NCBI RefSeq assembly: GCF_963921235.1
Contig: NC_086097.1
Coordinates: 18,912,001 to 18,976,000, forward strand
Reading direction: 5' to 3'
DNA length: 64,000 nucleotides
From: Mobula hypostoma
Taxonomy: Eukaryota
Below the pieces are notes generated by a model. It searched no databases, was not told the DNA's origin, and saw only the letters and a program-made list of their open reading frames with translations. A program made the position numbers and the translations under genes. Below, in pieces: positions 1-11,417 of this stretch. The stretch's first letter is position 1; the number at the start of each line of letters is the position of its first letter.

Positions 1-312
1 GAGGTTCACTTGAAGTATTGCACACATTTCTGGTCCCTGCACTGGGATGTGGCCTGCAATGGAGGGACTTTGGTTACATGGAGGGTACAGGTAGGCTGGA
101 TCTGTTCACACTGGAGTTTTTGGAGGTATACGGGACATTCAGAGGCATGGATAGAGTAGATAGACAGACCCTATCTCCCCAAGGTTGAAGAGAATAAAGC
201 CAGGAATGGGTTTAGGTTGGGAAGGGAGAAATTTAAAGGTGCTCCAGGGGTAGTTTTTTTTCACACAGAGGGTGATGATTATCTGGAATGACCTGCCAGA
301 GGAGGTGATTGG
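1..312 (+). mobile_element. Old CR1 LINE 3' fragment (C-terminal part of ORF2), cut by window edge
   Basis: Decayed LEYC..FWSP-, GMDRVD- and FFTQRV..WNDLPEEV-like segments matching the younger CR1 copies in this window. Confidence 0.8.
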
Positions 313-344
313 GCGAATTGTCAGGGGTCAAGTGGTGACGTTAC

Positions 345-1580
345 ATTCATCAAGGAGTTTCCTTTCCTCCATCCTTCTGGCGACCTTTCTCTTTGCAAAA
401 CTCAAACAGAGTGTCAGCATCGGGAAGCTGTTATTAGGCTTCTGAACAACACGGCTAGTCCAACAGAGTCAACAGATTACAACTAGGGCCTCAGTACTGG
501 AGATGTTGCCCTGGGAAAGGACGCTGGCACTGATTTGCTTATCCATTCAGCGGACGTGGAGGACTTAGTGGATACGATAGTGGTGGTATCATTGCCATTA
601 TCTGGGGATGCCTGCTAGAGGTAGACCTGGGCACAGAAGCATACTGATGAGGAGAGATCACGACTGATCTTGTCTTGTACCAGGTCTTTTGTCTTGATTC
701 TCAAACACACTTTCCCACAAACTATGAAAGGCAGCACTGGCACACTGAAGAGATGGTGAATCTCATCACCGATGTCTGTCTCACGTAGCTACTGAGATAC
801 TGGGACCGGTTCGTATTATCCAGAATCCAACCATGAAATATAGTTGTCAGAGATCAGAGTAGTGAGGTGAAAATAGATTAGGAGAGGACCTTTGTTTTGC
901 AGAGATTGAGCATAAGGCCATCTTCATATACACCTCGGTGAAGAGTGAACATGCGGAGCAGTAGCATAGCAGATAGTATAACACTATTACAGTGTCAGCA
1001 ACCCGAGTTAAATTCCATAGCTGTCTGTAAGGAGTCTGTAGATCTGCCCCATGACTGTGGGTTTCTTTTGGGTGCTCCTGTTTCTTCCCTCATTCCAAAT
1101 ACATATGGGTTAGCAGGTTAATTAGTCACATGGGTCTAATTGGGTGGTGCAGGCCAGTTAGCATGCTATATCTCTAAAAAAAAATCAAGTCAAGAATCCC
1201 TTGGAACTAGGCTTCTGAGTGTGCACGCCTATGTACTGAAGCTCACCTAAAGTTCAGATGACCTTCATTCTAGAGCTTACTTGCCACAGAATGAACAGAT
1301 TCCATTAGTTCTGAAGACTGGTTCCGCTCCCACATAACAGAGCAATGCAACCAGAAACAGTGAAGAAAATGTCAAGCTAAAGACACTAAGACTGGTTCCA
1401 TTGGTGACCTGTTGTTCATATCAAGTGTTGTACCATCAGAGCAAAGTGAAATGGAGACAAGTTTCTGGGAATCAGAATTTGAGGAAGATGTTTCACTGTC
1501 CCTGCTGAATGGAATCAAATATTTTACTGGAATCAGAGAAGGCCACTGATAGTGCTTGATATATGACAAGCAATGGCCCA
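345..1580 (-). mobile_element. Degenerate RTE-clade LINE (RT and downstream region), split by a SINE at ~953-1184
   Basis: Minus-strand translation gives decayed RTE motifs: VAFSDSSKIFDS (cf. AFxDLTKAFD), RTNG.LF, ELQY..AHSEA, CASAAFHSLWESVFENQD, and a G.RKR-like end; many stops and frameshifts. Confidence 0.75.
953..1184 (+). mobile_element. tRNA-derived V-SINE (HE1-like) inserted in the RTE remnant
   Basis: Decayed A/B boxes, V-domain core GTGGGTTTCT..GGGTGCTCC.GTTTC.TCCC.CATTCCAAA, CR1-type tail ending TATCTCTAAAAAAAAA. Confidence 0.8.
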
Positions 1581-2319
1581 AAGTGTTGCCTGTTTATTCA
1601 TTACCATAGATGCTGCCCGACCTGCTGAGTTCCTCCAGCATTTTGTGAGTGGTATCAATGAACGGCTGGACATTGATAACATGTTACCCTTATGCATGAC
1701 ATGCAATAGTTGACTTAGTAGTGCGGTAGGAAATCTCTGTTGAAAGCCATCGCATTGTAAACCAAAAATGGTCATCTGAGCATCTTTAATTCTTACATCA
1801 GCACCTGTCAGAAACTAGAACAGAGACTAAAACAGCCCAACACTAAAATAAGCTTGCAGAAAGTGGGATATCCATTTGATTCCAATCAGGAACATCTTCC
1901 ACAATGAAATTAAACCTCAGTTATTGACTTAAGGCTGCAGTGAACAACACGGGCTGGAGGTTACATATTATGAGCCATCACACTGTGCCAATTAACTGTG
2001 TGCAGACACACTTTGTTAAAGTCTCCAGTGGGAAGGAGACTGCACGTAGAGACAATGGTAACACATCAAGAAAATCTGCATTGCACTCTAAGGAGATACG
2101 TTCCCAGTTATAAACTTACAAAGGACGCAGAAGTGTGCACGTGCTGGACCAGCCACGTTTCATTGCTCACTTGTTCCAGCATGGCCCATTTCACACCTTT
2201 CTGGAATCGGATGAAACTGTTTTTTCAGGCTTGGCTTGGTGGAAGCGTAGAACCTGCCAGCATCTCAATACCAGAGACACATAACCCGCCCTGATAGAGC
2301 ATCACAAAGATATGACAGA

Positions 2320-2540
2320 CTGTCAGGGGTGCCTTCTTTTGGTCTGGTGCTAAACCATGGACTTCTTTGCCCTTTCAACTGACCTTCAAAGATCCCATGG
2401 CATTCCAAGCCAATTACCTGGCAATTTATCTCATTGTTGCTTGTGAAATATGGTGTAAAGAAATTGGTCTTTTTTATATACTACAGTATGACACCATTGC
2501 CATTTGTGGTTGCAAAATTACTTTGCAATCTCCAGGGAGT
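2320..2540 (+). mobile_element. Ancient DeuSINE (SacSINE1/AmnSINE1-like) remnant
   Basis: Deu-domain hallmarks in order: CTGTCAGGGGTGCCTTCTTT, TAAACC, AAAGATCCCATGGCA, ATCTCATTGTTGCTTGTG, AAATTGG. Confidence 0.65.
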
Positions 2541-2732
2541 GTTTACCATCATCTCACATTCACCTGCAGCCTACAAGGTGCATACTATCCTGTTTTTATA
2601 ATAGAATATTGATAGGCCTAGATAAGGTAGACATGGAGAGGATGTTTCGAATAGTGGGGGAGTTTAGCACCAAAGGGCACAGACTCAGAATACAAGGACA
2701 TCCCTTTACAGCAAAGATGAAGAGGAACACAA

Positions 2733-2921
2733 CTACAAGAGATTCTGTAGATGCTGGAAAGTATCCAGAGTAATACACACAAAACTCAGAACTCAGCAGG
2801 TCATGCAGCATCTATGGACAGAAATAAACAGTCCATGTTTCAGGATGAATGTCAACTTGTCATTCCTTTCCACAGATGCGCTTGACATGCTGAGTTCTTC
2901 CAGCATTTTGTGTATGTTACT
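2733..2921. mobile_element. Fold-back element built from Penelope-like pseudo-LTR (family A)
   Basis: CACACAAAA..AACTCAGCAGGTCATGCAGCATCT followed by its imperfect reverse complement AGATGC..TGACATGCTGAGTTCTTCCAGCATTTTGTGT; unpaired tail ACAAGAGATTCTGTAGATGCTGG on one side. Confidence 0.75.
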
Positions 2922-3395
2922 ATAGATAGAACATAGAACAGCACAGCACAGGAACAGGTCCTTCGCCCACAATGTTGTGCCAAAACAACTAAATTAGTAA
3001 TCACAATACGCTGGAAAAACTCAGCAGGTTGGGCAGCATCAGTGGAAACGATGAGCATGATGCTGCCCGACCTGCTGAGTTTTTCCAGCGTATTGTGAGT
3101 GTTGCTTTGATCACAGCATCTGCAGATTATTTTGTGTTTAAAATTAGTAATCAAATGGCCACCTAAACTAATCTCTTCTGTCTACACAATGTCCATATCC
3201 TTCCATTTTTCTCACATTCATGTGCCAATCTAAACATCTAAACATTTAATTTATCTACCTCTACTACTACCCAAAGCTGTCCATTCCAGGCAACCACCAC
3301 TCTGTGTGCAAAATATTTGCTCTTCACATGTTTTTTGAAATTACCCCTCCCCCAATTTAAATGCACACCCTGTAATATTTCAGAGGTATATTCAA
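2922..3395 (-). mobile_element. CR1 3' end, host of the 3004-3140 insertion
   Basis: ATAGAACATAGAACAGCACAGCACAGGAACAGG tail and antisense HRVVVAWNG..VVVEVD motif. Confidence 0.75.
3004..3140. mobile_element. Short fold-back Penelope-derived element (family B) with 13-bp TSD
   Basis: 41-bp inverted arms 3001-3041 / 3058-3098 (40/41 match), tail ending GCAGATTATTTTGTGTTT, direct repeat AAATTAGTAATCA at 2991-3003 and 3141-3153. Confidence 0.85.
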
Positions 3396-4234
3396 ATGTT
3401 TCAATCTTCCTCAACACTTTAAGCAAGAAATACAGTTTCAGAGCTTCTCCTCGTGGTAGCTTGTTCTTGTGTTTCTCTCCTAGAGTTCTCTCAGGGACAG
3501 CAGAGCGCTGGTTCACTCGATCGAACCGTTGGAGTCACAGGCTCCAACAGTTTCAAAAACAAAATTAAGACAAGACGAATAAGTAGAAGATGTAGAAAAA
3601 ACTGAACCGGTTGACTATCTGGAAGATGTTGCCTGAGGAATCATCGTTCACTGGTGCTATATGTCAGTGATGTTAAGCCTGATTCTGATTCCCACAATAT
3701 TTTGCCTGAGTGGCATGCAGGCCTCCCGGTGTATTGCCAAATCCAACATCTTCAGAAGTTGCAAAGTTCATCCTCCTTCCTAACGCTTGGTGTCGAAGGA
3801 GGTCAGCACCAGACCTTTAATGAACACTTTGATCCTATCACTTCCCAACCTTGAGTTGAAAAGGGCTTGCTTGTTCTTGCGTGTACAATATATCTCACAC
3901 ACCAGGATGTTTGGATAATGGTCAGTCTGACTCACTCAGTTATACAGAACCTGCACTTGACTGAAGCACTGTGAATACTGAGAGCTCCAGAGTTGGGCTG
4001 GTGCACAGGCTCCCTCTGTTGATCATATTGAGCACAGCATTACTGGCCAGGACAGTCTGGTTTGCCTTGGAGTTCAGCAAACTAAAAATTATTCCAGAGA
4101 TGGGGTGGAGGGGGGGGAGGGGGTTCAGTCAGAGCAGCAGAAAATGAAGATGGCAGAAGCAAAGGGCACACAGAACATACAGAAGCTAAGATAAAACTGA
4201 ATGAATGGGGAACACTGGCAGAGGGACTAATAGA

Positions 4235-5110
4235 TCCCTCAACCACAACAACAACCTCTTCCTCAGTGTCAGCAGGACCAAGGAGATGATTAGTTGACTT
4301 CAGGAGAAGGAAATTGGAGGTCCATGAGCCAGTCCTCATCAGGGGACAAGAGGTGAAGAGGGTCAGCGACTTAAAATTCTTCAGGGTTATCAATTCAGAG
4401 GATCTATCCTGGGTTTAGTAAGTGTCATTACAAAGAAAGTACAGCTGCACCTCCACTCTCTTAGAAGTTTGCAAAGATTCAGCAGGTGATCTAAAACTTT
4501 GACAAACTTCTATAGATGTACTGACTGGTTGCATCACGGCCAGGTACAGAAACACTGATGCCCTTGGACAGAAAAGACTACAAACAGTCGTTACAGCCCA
4601 GTCCACCATGGGTAAAGGCTACCCCACCATTGAGCACATCTACACGAAGAGCTGTCACAGGAAAGCAGCATCCATCATCAAGGTCCCCCACCAACCAGAC
4701 CATGCTCTTTTCTTTCTGCTGTCATCAGAAAGAAGGTACAGAAGCCTGAGAACCCAGACCACAAGGTTCAGGAATAGTTATTACCCCTCAACTATCAGGC
4801 TTTTGAGCCAGAGGGGATAGCTTCACTCGCCCCGTCACTGAAGTGGACTCAATTTCAAGGACTCCTCATGTTCTCAATATTTGTTGCTTATTTATTTATT
4901 TATAATAATTATTATGATTTTTTCTTTTATTTTTCTCTTTAATTTTGTTTTAGCACAGATTGTTGTTTTTATTTTGCACGTTGGTCATTGTCTGTCCTGT
5001 TAGGGGGTGATCTTTCATTGTGCTTCTTGTATCTATTGTGATTGCCACCAAGAAAATGAATCTCAGTATGGTGACATATATGTACTTCGGTAATAAATTT
5101 ACTTTGAACA
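4235..5110 (+). mobile_element. Rex1/Babar-clade LINE 3' fragment
   Basis: Decayed TKEMI.DFRR, KRVSDLKF, KTLTNFYRC, PTIEHIY..SCHRKAASIIK.PHQPDHALFFLLSS.RRYRSL.TQTTRFRNSYYP; 3' end AATAAATTTACTTTGAAC. Confidence 0.85.
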
Positions 5111-6160
5111 TTAATTTTTGTAATAGTACCCAAATCTGACAAACTAAAATAGGAAAATATTGAGAAAGTATTCAGAAAATTGCAGAAGTAAGTTCAGGCA
5201 TGAGAATTTGAATAGGAATAGCTTGGAAGATGGCAGTAGTGTCATGCACCACTGCCATCTATTCCGATGTCTGCAAGAAAAAGCGAACTATGAAGTAACC
5301 TAACCATTAGTGGTGACCTGAGACACAAGAGATTCTGCAGATCCTGGAAATCACACACAAAATGCTGAAAGAACGCAAATGGTCCGGCAGCATCTATGGA
5401 GGGAAATAAATAATTGACATTTTGGACTGAGGCCCTTCACCTTTCCGTAACCCAGACTCACAAATTCGGGCAAATTCCTTATAAATCTTTTCTGAGTTCT
5501 TTCCAGTTTAATTACATCTTAAATAGAAAAAAAATGGCACAGGAACGTGTAGCAACACAGCCCAACAACGCATTTCACTTTATGTTTCGATTTACATGTG
5601 AAAAATGAACCTATAGCAGGGTGACCAAATCTGAACATAACAAGTGCAGCTTCGCTTGCATCTTATACAACCATACCATGACCTCCCAAAGTTTACACCT
5701 AATCTCCTTTTTCAGGGATACGTAACGAGCTGGAGGAATACCCTCTCCTAATAATAAATGCTTGATTATCTGGTGGGAGCCGGGGATCAGTCTAACTTAT
5801 ATGTAACACTCACAAAGTACTGGAGGAACTCAGCAGCCCAGGCAGCGTCTATAGAAAAGAGTATAGTCAATGTTTCCTTCTGACCTCAGTTTAATCTTCA
5901 GTTGATGCACAACACAACCAAATGGTTGATCTTTCCCATCAACATTCTTCATCTTCTTTGGCATTTGATGATGCACCCTTTTAAAATGACGGCAAAAGTA
6001 AATGTTTGAATATAATAAACATGAGAGATTCTGCTGATGATGAAAATCCGGAATCAGAATCACGTTTAATATCACTGACATTTCAGGGAATTTGTTGATC
6101 GCAATACATAATTTAAAAATTGCAAATTACAGTAAGGATATATATCAAAAAAGTTAAATA

Positions 6161-6710
6161 GGGGCCGTGGACAATTCTGATTTGATGGAGAATGGACGTG
6201 AAAGCACAGAGGAACATCTGGAGAAATTCCTTAAATGCCCGTTCGCTGCTGTCGTTACTGTGTGGTCGGGAATCTTTCGGAGGGTGGGCCTCAAAATCCC
6301 CGGCCTTGCCTGCTTTTGGTGACCGAGAAGGAGGTCAAAGCGTTCAGACAGAGATGGCGCTCAGTACTCGGTGTCGGAGAGCTGATCAGAGCTCGAAGTT
6401 TTTGGATGTCTCAGAGTCGGATTGTGGTCGGCATGGCAGGGAGAGTTTTTCTTCCTTCTCCCGTCTGCGTGAGATGTGGGACATTTGAGAAACTTTGAAC
6501 TTTACTGTGCTCACAGATTTTCTTCATCAAGTTATGGTATTGTTACACTGTTTGCAACTATATGTATGATTATGTGGTTTTGTCAGTTTTTTCAGTCTTG
6601 GTTTGTCCTGTGTTTTGTGATATCACACTGGAGGAAATAATGTATCATTTCTTAATGCATGCATTACTAAATGACATAAATGGGGACTATGTGTCTTCAT
6701 AATCTAAAAA
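6161..6710 (+). mobile_element. 5'-truncated copy of the non-autonomous element at 28022-28713, inserted in an antisense Rex1-type 3' UTR
   Basis: Shares CTGATTTGATGGAGA..GACGTGA.AGCACAG.GGAACATCTGG and TGTATCATTTCTTAATGCATG..CATAATCTAA with 28022-28713. Confidence 0.8.
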
Positions 6711-7094
6711 TAAGTAGAGCAAAAAGAGAAAAAAAAAGTGAGGCAGTGTTCTTGGGTTCAATGTCCATTTAGAAATCTGATAGCAAAGGGGAAGATGCTG
6801 TTCCTGAATTGTTGAGTGTGTGACTTCAAGTTAGGTCAAGTTTATTGTCATTTAACTATATTTATACACACCATCAAACAAGACAACATTTCTCCGAACC
6901 AGGGTGTAAAGTACAGTAGTACACATAACACACATATAACTCACAATAACTTAGGAAAGCAAGAATTAAATCTACAAATGAATCACACACTGATAATCAA
7001 AGTAAAGTGCATAAATTAAATATTGTTAGGTACAGTACAAATTATTTGGGCTCCTGTACTCCTAACTAATGGCAGCAATGAGAAGGGGTCCACT

Positions 7095-7193
7095 GTAACA
7101 CACACAAAATGCAGGAGGAACTCAGCAGGTGAGGCAACATCTGTGGGAAGAAGTGAGGAGTGGACATTTCAGGCCAAGACCCTTCTTCAGGAC
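7095..7193 (-). mobile_element. Single family-A Penelope pLTR arm with degenerate hammerhead
   Basis: Minus strand reads gtc-CTGAAGA-agggtcttggcct-GAAA-tgtc; helix I has a mismatch. Confidence 0.7.
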
Positions 7194-8227
7194 ATAATAA
7201 TCTCATCTGTGTTTGAACGTAATGATCTATTATGTCAGTAGGCATAACATCACAAGTTGGCACATGTGACTTCCCAAGTATTGGCTGCAGGGGAAGCACC
7301 AAAGTTTATTCCAAAATGGTTTCCGTTCAAGATGTACCCCTCACAGGCTGACGTTACACAAAGTATAAATCTGTTACATAGTGTAAAATATATGTGCACA
7401 GCCTACACACCAGTGCTTTTGAAATAATACTGCTCTTGTCTACTTCTGGCACATAATAATGACAGGCAGCTGTGAGATACAGACCAATGGTGTTGCAGGG
7501 ATGAATCTGCAATTGCAATAAAGCACAACACTTGCACCAAGTTCCACACTGAATGCACTTCTAATGACTGACATTGCCTTCTGGAAGCACCAGAGTATTG
7601 AATTCTCATCTGTGTCAATATCTGCTCAGTGCCTAGTTTTATCTCTGATCAGTGCTTAAGACCTTGCCTGGGATCACACTACAGTACTGACACTTCAAAG
7701 CGTCAAAGAATTGAAGAACAAGAGAAAAAGAGTCCTTTGAAAATGTCTTTTTACCCTAACATGGAGTTACAAGACCCACAAATCTTCCCTACTGATAACA
7801 TTACTTTCTAATTGACTGTATAGAGCATTATATGCGTGATTCATTGATAGTGAAAGAGCTCTTTTTTGCCCATCTGTGCCAGCTTTAAAACTGCAATTGT
7901 TACCAGTAGATTGCTCTTCTTCCACAGCCCGACATAATTTTTTTGCTCTAATGTACATCCAATTCCCTTTTCAACATTGCTTTAATGACTTTCAAATCCT
8001 TTAAGATAACAAGTTCCAAACCCTAGCAACTCACTATGTTTCTTCCTATCCTCATCTATTTCTTTTACCAATTAACTCAGATAAAGTTTTCCATGTGACC
8101 TTAAAGATAAAGGCCAGTTAAAAAGACTTATTTGTTAATTCAGAAGCAGAATGCATTGTTTAATATAGCAATACAGTTAGCAACAGTGCATCTTCCAACT
8201 AGCCAAACAACCAGTATCAGGGAGTTG

Positions 8228-8478
8228 AAAGAGGCTTGTATTTATAGTGTCCATCAGATCTCTCTTTGGACATTCCAAATAATGTACAGCCAATGAAATA
8301 CTTTTAAAGTGATGTTACTGCTAAGTTGGAAACTGCAATCAAATTGTTTGCAACAAAATCCTATGAATAGCAATGTGAGGAAGACCAAGTAATTTCTTTT
8401 ATTGATGTGATTGATGAATAAGTAAGTTGGTGGGACTTTAAGAAGCATCCATTCTTCTTTGAGATTGTGCTACCTTTA
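8228..8478 (-). mobile_element. Ancient DeuSINE remnant, antisense
   Basis: CTTGTATTTATAGTG tail, TACAGCCAATGAAATACTTTTAAAGTG and AATAGCAATGTGA...GACCA match the reverse complement of the Deu 3' domain. Confidence 0.65.
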
Positions 8479-9397
8479 ATAAAAGAGCTTAAGAAATTGC
8501 AATGAAGTTCCAAATGTTTTAAAAATGTAATTTTTGTCATATTTTTTCATGTGGGTTGTTCAACAGATCAATCTACCAGTGTACCTTAGGACCTAGTCAA
8601 TACCCAGACTAGGAACTCCTGATGTCCCATTTGCCAGACAGAAGATAGTTCAAATGTCTAGATAGAGAACATACATATTTATAAAGCCTTTAATGGAATC
8701 CATTTTAAAAATCACTCAAACATTAATCTTAGAAGTCTCTGTTCTATAATAAACTGAAATGACAGAAAATACTGAACCTAATACAAGGGAGACATAACTT
8801 TAAGGTGTTGGGAGGAAAGTATGGAGGGGATGTCAAAGGCAGTTGTTTTTACACTGAGAGTGGCATGTGGAATGCTGAGCCTGGGATGGTGGTAGAAGCA
8901 CTTTTAAGAGACTCTTAGATGAAAGAAAAGTGAAGGGCTATGGGGACAAGAAGGGTTTGATTGATCATGGAGTAGGTTAAATGATCGGCACAAAATTGTG
9001 GGCCAAAAAGCCTGTACTCTATTGTAGTGCTCTCTGTTCTGAAACCAGCAGTACAAGCACTAATTGCAAACTGGGTAAAATGTGGGAAAATGTTCCAATT
9101 ACATGTGAATCCAGGAAATGGGAGTGTAAGGTCCAACACACTCCAACTGAAATGAAGGTAGACCACGCCAGTGGCAGGTAGCCCATTGGAGGAGTAAATC
9201 AAGTCCAGCAGCAAAGGTTTAGGAAATTTCATTCAATGAAAAGAAATTGGTCCTTGGCACATGCACCCCTTCCTTGCTGAAAGCAAAACAGGGGCAAACA
9301 AGCTGCATAGCAGGAAACAAAACATGGAAAGGTTAAAAAAGGATCCAGAGCTTTCCCAGCTTATATGATGAATAAACTCTTCTCAGGCTTCCAGCCG

Positions 9398-9468
9398 GGT
9401 CAGGTATCAATTTTAGCCAACATTTCAATGACGAACTCTGCCTTCTTCATCAGAGATAATGCCTGGGC
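9398..9468 (-). ncRNA. Type-I hammerhead ribozyme motif (left arm)
   Basis: Minus strand: gcccaggcattatct-CTGATGA-agaaggcagagttcgtcatt-GAAA-tGTT-ggctaaaattgatacctg; core boxes and NUH triplet intact. Confidence 0.7.
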
Positions 9469-9600
9469 ATGTCTAGTCTGGCGGTATTTATACCCGCATC
9501 GTCCATCCCTCCTGATTGGATAGTCCTCATCCACGGACAGCGGAAACCTGATTGAATGAGGACTAACCAATCAGGAAGGACAGGTTATGGGGGTAGACAT

Positions 9601-9670
9601 GCCCAGGCATCATCCCTGATGAAGATGGCGGAGTTTGGCATTAAAACATCTGTTAAAATCGATGCCTGGA
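9601..9670 (+). ncRNA. Type-I hammerhead ribozyme motif (right arm, core mutated)
   Basis: gcccaggcatcatcc-CTGATGA-agatggcggagtttggcatt-AAAA-catc-tgttaaaatc-gatgcctgg; CCAGGCATC/GATGCCTGG form a perfect 9-bp distal helix I; GAAA>AAAA and CGTC>CATC are CpG-type changes. Confidence 0.65.
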
Positions 9671-9904
9671 CCCAGCTGGAAGCCCAAGAAGAGTTTATTC
9701 GTGGAATGGTTAGTTAAAATTTTAATAAAAATTCAGTACCCTCTTGGCACAGCTCAAGGTAGATCATTCTCTCTGTCCAGATAGTACGGCTGATGAGGGC
9801 TAGGTCAATCTAATAAAAGCACAGAATCAGGCCAAGATAGTTCCTTCCCCACACAAAGGAGAGGAGGTTTGCGAGCAGAGGAAGGAGCAAGTATCAAGAA
9901 TCAA

Positions 9905-10440
9905 CTTTGCATGCAATTCTGGTTGCCCTATCATAGGAAGGATGTCCAGAATTTGGAGAGGGTACAGAAAAGATTTACCAGGATTCTGCATGGATTAGAG
10001 GGTATGAGCTGTAATGAGAGGGTGGACAAACTTGGGTTGTTTTCTCTGGAGTGGCAGAGGCTAAGAGGAGATCTGATGGAGGTTTATAAGGTTTTGAGAG
10101 GCTTAGATAGAGTGGACAGACAGTATCTTTTTCCCCAGGGTTGTAATGTCTAATACCAGAGGACGTGTATTTAACGTGAAAAGGGGATAATTTCAAAAGA
10201 TATGTGAGAGGCAAGTTTTTTACAGAATGGTGGTTGTCTGGAATGTCCTGGCTGGGTTGGTGACAGAGGCAGATATATTGGAAACATTTAAGAGACGTTT
10301 AGATAAGCACATGAATATGAGGATGATGGAGGGAAATACAGATTATGCAGGCGGAAGGGAGGTTTAGTTGGCCATTTGATTATTCATTTGGTTCAGCACA
10401 ACATGATGGGCTGAAGAGCCTGTTCCTGTTGTATGTTCTA
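9905..10440 (+). mobile_element. CR1 3' fragment
   Basis: CMQFWLPYHRKDVQNLERVQKRFTRIL.GLEG..LGLFSLEWQRLRGDLMEVYK; tail GGGCTGAAGAGCCTGTTCCTG..ATGTTCTA. Confidence 0.9.
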
Positions 10441-10949
10441 ACTTCATTCACCTTACACACTTACATGGATTAGGAATTTGCTGTGGTGTTGGTCGGGTGC
10501 GACATGAAACAAGAAGCAACATTTAATAATTATTAAGAATAAAGAGTTATTTAAAAATAAATTATATATAAACTAATATAGTAGGTGTTAAAGGGCGGAT
10601 ATGGAATAAAATATGGATAAATAAACGAATAGCAATATGTATTTACAGTGTAAACAACACTATAAAAAAGGTTTAAAGTGTCGACGGTGCAGTGCAGTGA
10701 CGGGGGTAATTGACAGAGCTAACTAGACGGGGGCTAACTAGATTTTTTTTATTCTTAAAGCGTCAAGAATTAAAGGAAACTTGAAGGGACGTGTATTTGA
10801 CAGAGAGCATTAGGGCGAAACAAAAATAATATTAAAATGTAGGAATGTTTTTAAAAAATGAAATCCAGGCCAGAAAATTCCCAAAAGAAAAAGTGGACAG
10901 GGAAGAGAACGAGCAACGTTGAAGTGTTGCTCTGCAGACGATTAGTATG

Positions 10950-11417
10950 CGGCTCACAGCTCGGTCTCCGCTCCGGAGAGGGAGGAGAGTACAGTAGAGG
11001 CAGACTGAGCGTTGGGGAAGAGAAGGAAAATAATGTGAGCTAGCCTGGCGCCGTAAATACACACACACACACACACACACGCCCGCCACCTGTGCTTCCA
11101 TAGAATTACCCTACCGGAGTCGCTCGGGTCATCGAGCTGAAGCCAGATGTTGTCTTGAACGCTCGGGTTTTCAGCGAAGCTCTACTGGGAAACTGAAGCG
11201 ACTGCCGGCAGTGTGCGGCGAGATCTACAAGTGATTCTTTAAACACCTCAAGCGCTTTAATAGGCTTTTTTTTCTCCCTGAGATTGCCACTGCTTACGGA
11301 ACCACCCCAGCCTTCGGGGACTTGTCAGCCGGGCTCCTGGCGGGTGCAGGCAAGCAGATGTCTCGATGTGCCTGTCCTACGCAACTTTGCTGCCGATGGC
11401 TTGTGGTTAGGGCTCAG
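10950..11417 (+). other. Putative first exon of an unidentified gene (start approximate)
   Basis: Ends in CAG|GTAAGG inside the CpG island; ATG at 11358 reads 20 open codons (MSRCACPTQLCCRWLVVRAQ) to the donor, phase 0. Confidence 0.4.
11059..11080. repeat. (AC)11 microsatellite
   Basis: Direct reading. Confidence 0.95.

Larger units (their letters stand above)
9336..9700. mobile_element. Fold-back Penelope-like pLTR element (family C): ~330-bp palindrome plus one-sided tail
   Basis: 9370-~9530 is the imperfect reverse complement of ~9550-9700 (GAATAAACTCTTCT...AGAAGAGTTTATTC); tail 9336-9369; candidate TSD CATGGAAAGGTTA (9323-9335) / CGTGGAATGGTTA (9700-9712), 11/13 match. Confidence 0.8.

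Noticed and set aside
345..1580. Host exons or an endogenous viral element
   Set aside because: Minus-strand translation resolves to decayed RTE LINE motifs
9531..9542. REST/RE1 site (CCACGGACAGCG) in the hairpin loop
   Set aside because: Only the right half matches; the TTCAGCA half is absent
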